Origin: Oligoflexia bacterium
Lineage (GTDB): Bacteria; Bdellovibrionota; UBA1018
Length of the DNA: 64,000 nucleotides
Reading direction: 5' to 3'
Assembly (NCBI GenBank): GCA_963758495.1
Contig: CAVWVI010000002.1
Span: 1-64,000, forward strand
This document shows positions 1 to 9,500 of the stretch, in pieces; positions within the stretch are counted from its first letter, which is position 1; each line of letters begins with the position of its first letter. Position numbers and translations under genes: made by a program. Under the pieces are notes generated by a model that had not been told where the DNA came from, did not search any database, and saw only the letters and a program-made list of their open reading frames with translations.

Positions 1-157
1 GTTCAAAGCACTATTCACAACTCTTCTGGTTCGCACCCGCCTCGTATGCAAGCTTTATTGCGAATGCCGGATCTATCATTACAGGACGATAAACCCGGCA
101 TATTTTCGGAATTTACTATTTTTTAGGTAAATGAGTTGATGCTAAAAAGGAGACTCA

Positions 158-1516
158 TCAAACTTGAATGCTTAACCATGTTTTACAAACTTCTGAACGA
201 GCCGCGAGGGTTTCCTGCTGTAACTCAAGTTTGGGCTCATTCTCTTCCATGATGATCTCAATTTTTGGCGTTCCTTCATCGATTGCAGGGCCATCGGGTG
301 CCTGAGTTCCACACATCCAGCTCCAACATGATTTGAATGGTGCCGTTAATAGTTTCTTTGTTCCTCTGACCCACTCTTTCACTTTTGCAGGCATCAAAGG
401 TTTTCCGAGGTAATTATGCCAAATATGGAGACCCGTAATGGTAGCTGCGCTTGTAGTCCACGTTGCCAGTTGTAAGGCAGTCAGATTGTCTGAAATCCCC
501 ATGAACTCAAATGCAGTCAGAGTGTTTCCAGTTTGAGTCCCTCCAAAGTCATAAATCACTGGAGTCCTAGCTCCATCGTGACTAGCTGCATAGACTTCTT
601 CAAAAGATCGAACAGCTCCAGTTACCAGACCTATTGCAAGTAATTCTGCAAGACCTGTTGCTGCAATACCAAATCCTTTCGGACTTACATATTTGGCACC
701 TAGACCCATCCCACCTCCGAGGACAATTGCCGAAGCAGCCCCGACTCCAACAGAAGGGCCTAGGGCGTCCATACTATTTTTAGAAAGGAGAGCCGCGAGC
801 GCCGTCAATGTACCTCCTTCAGTAGCCTCTCTCAGTGTATTCCAGAATAGGCTCATCGCCATGGCAAGGCGGCTGCCAATAACAGCCTGTTGATTTGCCC
901 CTGCTTGATTCTCAAGATCTCCTTCGCGAGCAGGCTCGTGGTAGTTTGAAATTCCAAACCATTTGGGTATTTTTAAGGTCATCTTTGTGACAAAAAAAGC
1001 GCCGATCGTTTTCGAGGCACCTTCTCCTGCTTCGACTCCATTGGCTACAGTATCCAGGTTTCCAACTGCTTGTGCTACACTAAAGCCTACTGCTATAGAA
1101 ATCACACCCCCTGTAAGTACGCCACAGGCAATTGCGGGAACCAATCTTTTCAAATAACTTCTCTTTTCATCTAACGTTAAGCCTGGATTTTTAATCACGG
1201 CACCCAGGTGACTGGCGCCAAACATGGCGGCTTCAGAAAGTTCTCGAGCAATAATACAAGCCACAGTAGAATCAATTACGGGAGCTGCGGAAGACCCTGT
1301 ATCTGAACCGCCACTCGCAGTTTGTGCCGCAACCGCTGGGATCAAAAGCGAGAACATGGCTAATGTTGTACCGCTAGGTATTTTATATTGAGTTACGGGC
1401 GTAGAGGTTTCTGAAGAGAGTTCTGATGGAGCGGGAAATGCGTGGGCTACTTGATTGATAGAAAAGCTAAGTAATAATAGAAGCGCAAATACGCGCTTTA
1501 TTTGTTCTCGGGTCAT
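158..1516 (-). CDS. FTR1/EfeU-family iron permease with an extended N-terminus
   Basis: Two RExxE motifs (ARELSE, LREATE), each at the start of a multi-TM half; N-terminal signal-peptide-like segment; Fur-like box upstream. Confidence 0.75.
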   Translation of the reverse strand: MTREQIKRVFALLLLLSFSINQVAHAFPAPSELSSETSTPVTQYKIPSGTTLAMFSLLIPAVAAQTASGGSDTGSSAAPVIDSTVACIIARELSEAAMFGASHLGAVIKNPGLTLDEKRSYLKRLVPAIACGVLTGGVISIAVGFSVAQAVGNLDTVANGVEAGEGASKTIGAFFVTKMTLKIPKWFGISNYHEPAREGDLENQAGANQQAVIGSRLAMAMSLFWNTLREATEGGTLTALAALLSKNSMDALGPSVGVGAASAIVLGGGMGLGAKYVSPKGFGIAATGLAELLAIGLVTGAVRSFEEVYAASHDGARTPVIYDFGGTQTGNTLTAFEFMGISDNLTALQLATWTTSAATITGLHIWHNYLGKPLMPAKVKEWVRGTKKLLTAPFKSCWSWMCGTQAPDGPAIDEGTPKIEIIMEENEPKLELQQETLAARSEVCKTWLSIQV

Positions 1517-1591
1517 GAATAAAATCTCCTGTGCAATATTTCGATGAATTGTTTTTTGGGGGAATACTAGATTAGAAGTTTTGTGTCAAAG

Positions 1592-1616
1592 AATAATGAG
1601 ACTAAATCTCATTATT
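1592..1616. promoter_or_regulatory. Fur-box-like inverted repeat upstream of the iron permease
   Basis: AATAATGAGA-CTAAA-TCTCATTATT: perfect 10-bp arms; core TGAGACT-A-AATCTCA fits the 7-1-7 Fur consensus. Confidence 0.6.
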
Positions 1617-1914
1617 TTAGAAAAAGTTTTTAAAATGTTTTCTTCCTTTACTCTTCATCTCATTTAGACCACATGTTCTAAGCACATCGAGACAAGTGCG
1701 CTAACTTGCGCAAACCTGGCATCTTTCGGTTGTCGCCCGGCTAGCGTGCTTGAATTAAAAAGGATCTCTCATCTATCGAGCTGGTTTTAGATTTAAAGAT
1801 TGATTTGCTAAGATCAATTTCTTCAAAATTAAACTTTGAGCATTTTTTCAGAGGATTGAGTTATTATTGTAGTTAGTGTAATAATCTAGATAGCGATAAC
1901 GGTCAGGAAATGCT

Positions 1915-2280
1915 ATGAGGATCAACATGGTTGCTCATTTAAATGGTTATGTTGCTTCAGCTGGCAAAAAGGGACGTGGGGTTTTTGCTCGGAAGAGGTT
2001 GGTAGCTGGTGTTATTATTGAAGTTTCTCCTTATATTCAAATTCCACCCCGTGATGATTCGAGATTGAACGAAACAGTTTTGGGGTCTTATTGGTTTGAA
2101 GTCAAAGGTAAGTGGTCTGCGATAGGTTTAGGGCATACATCTCTCTATAACCATAGTGAAAAACCGAATGCCACATTCTCCGTTAATGCGAGAAGACGTA
2201 CTATTATGATTAAGGCTCTTAAATCAATTCGTCGGGATGAAGAAATTACTATTAATTATGGTTATAAATTAGATAAGTAA
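1915..2280 (+). CDS. SET-domain protein (lysine methyltransferase-like)
   Basis: KGRGVFA, YNHSxxPN and EEITINYG SET motifs. Confidence 0.9.
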   Translation: MRINMVAHLNGYVASAGKKGRGVFARKRLVAGVIIEVSPYIQIPPRDDSRLNETVLGSYWFEVKGKWSAIGLGHTSLYNHSEKPNATFSVNARRRTIMIKALKSIRRDEEITINYGYKLDK

Positions 2281-2291
2281 TAGATATTATT

Positions 2292-3452
2292 GTGGTTATT
2301 TATCCTTCCTCTCGAACTCGAGTGGGTGCTGAAATTCAAATTTCAGCTCATATTGAGTTACGTTTAAAACGACGAAACACACCTTCTGAGCTTTGGTTTC
2401 GTTTCCCAGAAAGCGAACATTCTCAAATATCGTCCGATCTGGATCCTTTTGTCGTGGCTGTACTTCTTCTGGCAATGCAAAACAATGAGCCTATTGAAGT
2501 ACGGGGCTCTCTCTCTAGAAAGCTTTTTCTGGGCTTGAAAGAATATCAGCAAATTTATCATTCTTGGTTTCCAGAGCGATTTCACATCATTGAGATTCAG
2601 CCTGAAAAACTCCGTGATGATAGGGACGAGGAAATTAAAGCTGCTGGTTGCGCATTTTCGGGTGGAGTGGATTCGTTTTACACTTTGCTCACCCTTTTAG
2701 ATCAATCGAATGGAGAGAAGAGTGGGAAACTTACACATGCGATATTTATGGCTGGTTTTGATATGCCTCTTCATTTAACGGCATCTATTAGAGACTTAAC
2801 TCAATCTTATGCTGAAATGATGATTTCGCTTGGAATTCATTTTGTCATTGGAAGTACTAATGTCAGGAGGTTTGTGAACTCGGTTGATTGGACCAATGCA
2901 CACGGACAGGCTCTGGTGGCGACGGCGCTCTTTTTTAAAAATACATGGAAGGAATTCTATATTCCCTCCAGTTATACAGGCACTACTTACCCGAAGTGGG
3001 GAAGTCATCCTAGGCTCGATCCCTTGCTTTCAACAGAATCGCTTAAAATGATACACCATGGTTCTCAAGAAAATCGAGTCAGTAAGCTTGAATCCATTTC
3101 TCAAGCACCTGAAAGTTACGAAAGATTAAGAGTTTGTTGGATCCAAGATCTTGGACTCAAAAACTGTGGAAAATGTGAAAAATGCATTCGGACTATGGTG
3201 GCTTTGGATATTCTAGAAGCGCTTCCTTATTATCGTACTTTTACTCAAGAAGGACTCAGTCGAAGCAAAGTAAGAAATCTGACTATGCGAAATTATCAAT
3301 CACGACTTTTTGCGTGGGAGCTCATGGGGGAGGCAATTCTTAGAGGAAAATTTAGAATCGTAGTGGATTTGGGGTATTCGCTTTTAAGGCGAGAGCTGTT
3401 TTATTGGTTAAGGTGTGTCAAAATGTTCATATTTGGAAAAATTAGAAAATAG
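2292..3452 (+). CDS. PP-loop ATPase, QueC-like superfamily; function unknown
   Basis: AFSGGVDS PP-loop; C-terminal RVCW...NCGKCEKC Zn motif; extra ~115-aa N-terminal domain absent from canonical QueC; GTG start. Confidence 0.65.
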   Translation: MVIYPSSRTRVGAEIQISAHIELRLKRRNTPSELWFRFPESEHSQISSDLDPFVVAVLLLAMQNNEPIEVRGSLSRKLFLGLKEYQQIYHSWFPERFHIIEIQPEKLRDDRDEEIKAAGCAFSGGVDSFYTLLTLLDQSNGEKSGKLTHAIFMAGFDMPLHLTASIRDLTQSYAEMMISLGIHFVIGSTNVRRFVNSVDWTNAHGQALVATALFFKNTWKEFYIPSSYTGTTYPKWGSHPRLDPLLSTESLKMIHHGSQENRVSKLESISQAPESYERLRVCWIQDLGLKNCGKCEKCIRTMVALDILEALPYYRTFTQEGLSRSKVRNLTMRNYQSRLFAWELMGEAILRGKFRIVVDLGYSLLRRELFYWLRCVKMFIFGKIRK

Positions 3453-3594
3453 CTTCTAGGTCAAGTCCGTGGCCAAGTAATATATTATATTTTAGTAGTA
3501 TAACTCATTGATATTAATGGCTACTGTATATAAATAAACTCATTGAATTTAATTTATTGATTAATACATTAAAAGGGGATAAAATTAATATGTT

Positions 3595-6500
3595 GTGAAG
3601 TTTATTACGCATTTTGTCTTCATTAGTGCGGTTATTCTGTTTGCCCATCTGCCAGCTCAAGCCGGATGTGGAACCCAAACCTATACTTGGACGGGAGGCG
3701 GTGGAAATACAAATTGGACCAGAACCAGTAATTGGTCTCCTGTTGGATATCCAGGGCAAGTTGCGAATACAAGTGCATTGATTAATTCTGCTTCTAAAGT
3801 TCCTGCATATCCCGCAAATAATTTGAGTCTTGCATGTCTTGAAGTCAGTTCTGGTTCTCTTACTTTAACTCCTGGTTCGGCGGAGACATTAACGATTACT
3901 GGAGATTACTTTATGAATTTGAATGTGGGGTCCATTACCACAAATTCGAATCTCACCATCAATATGAATGGCACCACTCCGCAATCTTTTGAAAATGTAG
4001 ATTCCATTGATAATTTAACCATTTCTAATCCGAGTACCGTGGACTTGACTCAGACTTTTAGTATTACGACAGCACTCACTATTAATTCTACAGCAGGAAC
4101 AATTTATATTGATGGCACTGTATCTGTTCCTAATAATTTTACTATTCCGGCAAATACTACAGTTGAAATTCGGAATGGAGGTACTTTGGTGACTTATGGC
4201 AATGTCACCATTACTGGAGTGTTGAGGGTAGACGGGGGTGGGAAATTCAACCCTGCGGGGAGCAGTACAGTGACTGTGTCGACAGTAGGATCCTTGCTTC
4301 TTGAAGGGTCATCAGGGAATCTAGCGGTTATGGATTCGTTTGGAGGTATTGATTATGGATTAATTGTGAATGGATCATTAACTGCCAATTACTTTACTAT
4401 CGCTCGATGTCGAAATGTAACTCCCGGAGTCGATGTTTTTGGAACGATATTGGGACTTTCGAATGGTGAATTTCACTATTCTGTTAATGAATCGCTTACG
4501 CTTGAGAACGGCGCAACCAGTATAGGAACATGGAATAATGTGGGATTTTTTGATGATAAGAGTACAGGTATTATTGCAGTCAATGCGACTAATTACGATT
4601 TGGAAAGTAATCCCGGCATTATTAATGTGACTAACTATTCTGGAGTGAGTGCAACGAATGATACAAAAAATGTGATTCGATTTGGAGCTGCTGCTCCTAT
4701 TGCCTTACAGGTTGTTAATGCATCTATTAATCCTCCGTCATCTCCTGTGGGCGCAAATGTGAACCAAGTCTTTGGAGCTTTCGGTTTCAGTCTTTCAAAT
4801 AGTGGTACAAGCACTGCTATTAATTCAATTACGGTTACTTTAGATGGAGTGAATTCTGCTTCAGATGTCAGTAATGTAAGCTTGTATTATAATACGACAG
4901 GGGACTGTTACAGTGGGGGTATGGGAGGTCCGAGTTGGTCCGGGACCTTTTCCGGAAACCCTGCTACTGCAATCATTCCAATCACCCCAAATACTGTCGT
5001 GCTATCTAATAATACAAAACAATGTCTCCAAGTTTATTTTACAACGAGTGCAGGTGCTATTAATGGAGACACTATCGGCGCAAAAATTGCTGCGAGTGCA
5101 GATGTGGTGAATAGCCAAGGCTATGCTTACTCGATCTCTTCGTCTCCTCCAGTTTCTTTGGGGTTAGCGACTATTACCGGGTCCTCCTTGAATAAATGGA
5201 CAGGAGCCACTTCCGGTGCTTGGGCCACCACGAGCAATTGGAGTAACGGTGTAGTACCCACTTCGACTACAGATTGCCAAGTAGGAGCAGGAACGAATAT
5301 CCCCTTGTTTAGTGCGACAACGACCATCAATTGTCAGAATGCCCTCCTTGTTTCGGGAGGGTCGATGAACTTTGGAAATAAAGCCGTAACTTTCGATGTG
5401 AGCAGCTCAATATCAGTAGCGTCTGGATATTCGCTCTTGAATTCAGGCTCCTCCACCCTAGTGTTTAATGGATCTTCTCTTGAAAGTTCAGATTTTAATG
5501 GAGGGACGTGGGGAGGAAATGTCACCATCAATAATGCAGCAGGAGTGACTGCTCATAGTAATTGGACGATTGGTGGTAATTTAACCATTAGTGCGGGAAC
5601 ACTTACAGTTGCTTCTGGCCAAACGCTGATCATAGAGGGAAATTCTCTCACGATTAGTGGAACCGGGGCAGGATTGACGTTGATGCCTGGAGCAACCTTG
5701 GAGTTTACTAATGCAAGCTCACCGGTATTGACAGTAGGGAGTGGAGGAACACTCACCCTGGTCGGGACAGCGAATCAACTTGCTTATGTGACATCAGATT
5801 CAACAAGCCATCCTTATACGGTCAATTTCACTGGAACATCTAATATAGCTGCACAATATTATTCTTTTAGTAATCTTGGTGCTGCGGGGGTCACTCTAGG
5901 GGCCTCAACCACCATAAATACAACGAATGCATTGAGTAATGGCACCTTTATTTATCCTGTAGCGAATAACACTACTTTTTTAACCCTCAATCAAAAGGTT
6001 CCAGGGAATGTTTTGACCGGTATGACCTTTGATTCGGGTGGGTCTACGGCAACAGGTGTTCTTGCCGTTAAGGCCACCTCCTCTGTTCCTACACCGGCGG
6101 CTACGCTTCAGCTAAGTGGTTATGTCGGGGACTTAACAGGTTCGAGTCACTCTTCAAATACCGGGTCTAATTATACGATATCCTGGGGCACTTCCTCAAA
6201 TCAGTTGGAAATATCTCAACAAGTTTCGACCACGCCTGCAAGCGTCAGTCGGGGTGCCACCGTCACCATGGGAGAGTGGGGCATTCAAGAATTACAAGCG
6301 AGTTCTACTGCTACCAATATTACTTCTATTACAGTGACTATGACTGGCACTGATACGGGAGCCGATGTCAGCTCTGTACAACTGTATCAGGATACGGCTT
6401 GTAACGGAACAGTAGGAACACAGTTAGGGTCATCACAAACGTTTTCTGGAACTCCAGCGACAGCAGCCTTCTCTGGACTTTCTTACACGGTACCAGCTTC

Positions 6501-9500
6501 TGGGGCGAACGTTTGTATTATTGCTCAGTACACTATTGCGAGCACTGCAGCAGCGGGCACTATAGGAGCGAGTATTAATGCGGCTGGAGACGTAGTGAAC
6601 TCACAAGGGTACACTTTTTATAGTGCGAATGCACCTCCAGTGACTTTAGGTTCACCCGGAGGGGTAACAGGAACTTCTACCACTTGGACAGGTGGCGCGT
6701 TGACTACGAACTGGGCAACCTCAGAGAATTGGAATGCGGGAGTTCCCACTGCCGCTACAGATTGTGTAATCAATGCAACAAGCTTTAGTCCAACAATTGC
6801 CAGTGGTACTAATGCATTATGTAATCATCTCACGATAGCTTCAGGAGCGGCACTCACTTCTGCTTCGGGTAGCACGTTGACAGTTTCCGCAGATATTACT
6901 AATAATGGAACATTTAACCAAAATTCTACAGTTACACTTTATGGAAATTTATTTAATAATGGTACCTTCAATTCGCAAAACACCAATGCCCTGACTTTTG
7001 CCGAATCAGGCACTTCTACTACTCAAGCTATAGGCGGAACCAGTGCATTGACCATTGGGTCACTCGCTTTTAATAAAACCCTTGGGGGTGGTATCGTTCA
7101 AATTTCGAATCCTAGCGTGACTGTGACTACGTTAACCATGAGCGGTTCCATGGAGCTAGATGTTTTAGGAGCTGCGGTACTCATTTTACCTAATGGCGTT
7201 TCTATCCCCGCTAATAATAATTTTCAACTTGAACAAAATTCTATTTTAGAAATGGGGAGTGGAAAGACGATCACAGTTGCGGGTGGAACGTTTACAGTGA
7301 ATGGGGCTCAATCTCTTTATCCAACCCAAACTTATGCGAATTCAGGAGTGGTTACGAATACGGGTGGCACGGGTACTTGGACCCTCTCAGCAACTTCCGG
7401 TACAGTGAATCTGACGGGTTGGATTTTTGATTATGTAGGAACGGGAGGAATTACCCTCGGAAATGGGACCAGCTCAGTTACAATTTCAAATTTGGGGTAC
7501 GGTCAATTTTCTCATCTCCCAAGTACTTTTACTTCAACTGCTCTGACCATTAATACCAGTGGCACTGTACCGACTTCTGTTTCTAATATTGGTTGGAATT
7601 GGACGACGGCGACGCCTGGAATTAATAGTGTGAATAGCACAGCGGTGAATCCTCCTCCGGCTCCTACTTCCCAGGGATCTGGATATATACTGCTGAAAGC
7701 CGAGACTTGTAGTTCGACGATTTCCATTTCAAATTGGTTTGGAGATTGGTATCAGGGTGTCAATCAACCTCCTCCGAACTATGTGACCAGTAGTAGTGGT
7801 TCATGCGTAGTCTCCATGACTACGGCACTTTCACCTGTGAGTTTGACGAGCTTTACGGCAACGCCCTATAATGGCTCAGCTGTATTGAATTGGACGACGG
7901 GTTTGGAGTCTCAGAACCTCGGCTTTAATGTATATCGAAGCTTAAGCCCATCAGATGGGTTTGTTCAAATTAATTCCGAGCTGATTCGTAATCTTGTGGT
8001 TGCGTCTACTATTCATGGAATATATCAATTCTATGATAATGGCATTTCAAATAACATTACGTATTATTACGAAATAGAAGACATAGCGGTAAACGGAACT
8101 CGAACCTTACATGGACCTCTTTCCGTTACGCCAAGTGCAACCTTGTCGTCGGCTCCGCCCCCCAATACTGCCGCCATTGTTCAATCTAATTCAGATAACC
8201 CAGTTCCAGCGCCAAGTCCTACAAATACCTTTTCACCTGGCATTCAACAAGTTTCTAATGGAGTCTCTATTTTAGCAAAATCAGCACATACTTTTCGATT
8301 AGAAATTAATGTGCCTGCTTTTACTACTGCCGCTGCCGAAGTTGCACCTTATCTTAGAATGTCCATTCCAGGTTACTCACTGAGTACTATTACAGGTCAG
8401 CCTGAATTACCTCAGCAGGTTGTGATGGTTGAAATTCCCGCTGCTCAAACTGCGGCATATACTATCATCAGTCAAAATCAATCCTCTCAGAGTGGAATTC
8501 AAATTGCTCCTGTAGACAAGTGGACGGCGTCAGCTGGAGCAATGGTTCCGTCATGGTTTTTAGATTCAGCATTTTATGCAGTAGATGCTCTATTGCCTGC
8601 TAATACTGTTAGCCTAGGTACGATTACGCAGAGTCAAGGTAAGTATTATTTACCCGTGATTGTACAGCCCATCTCATATGACCCAGTTCAACATACAATT
8701 CGAGCTACTTCGCAGATTGTGATGGATATTTCTCTTGATGGCGATGCAAGCTGGCATCCTGTAAACCCCAATCCGGCAGGTGGAGTATGGGGCCAAGAAG
8801 ATGGATTGAAAATAACTGTGAATCAGGCAGGAGTTTACCAACTCTCATTCGGCGATTTTGTTAATGCCGGGGTGGATGGAGCATTTCAGGGTAAGGATCT
8901 GACACGATTTAAACTCTATTCTCAAAACTCAGAGATTCCTCTGAATGTCACCAGCAGCGTAAATGGAGGGGCGTTTGGAGCGGGGGATTCATTTCAATTT
9001 TATGCGCCCTTTTTTGATACAGGAGAGAGCCACTTCAATACCTTGATGTTGATTGCGGATTCTCCATCTTCTGCCCTAGGGTTGCGCATGTCATCTCTTA
9101 ACAGCGGTCCGTCAGGGGCGTCTCTCACATCAGCACCCGGTTATGTAAAAATTTCTCGAGTAGAACAAAATACTTTAGAGAATTTGGGTTCTCCTTATGA
9201 AGAGGGGGTAGATCACATTTTTTGGGCTCAAATATATGCTTCTCCGACTGATCAATCACAGGGTACCTTTGCTACTTCTATTCAACTTCCTGAACTCATG
9301 CAAACAGGTACTGTTACACTTCAAGCATTTATGGCGGGAAGCTATGGCTATTACACTCAAGAGACTTTTCACCATTTGCGCATTTGGGTTAATTCTTCAA
9401 CGGTCCCTCAAGGAGATGTTGTATTCTTTGGAAATTCTTCATACAACGCGGTTGTTAATATTCCCGCCAATGTTTTTGTGCCCGGATCAAATCTGATCAC

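Noticed and set aside
1..126. Possible 3' end of a plus-strand CDS
   Set aside because: The open frame is too short to support any call
2292..3452. Canonical queC
   Set aside because: Too long, with an extra N-terminal domain and no queD/E/F neighbours; left as QueC-like
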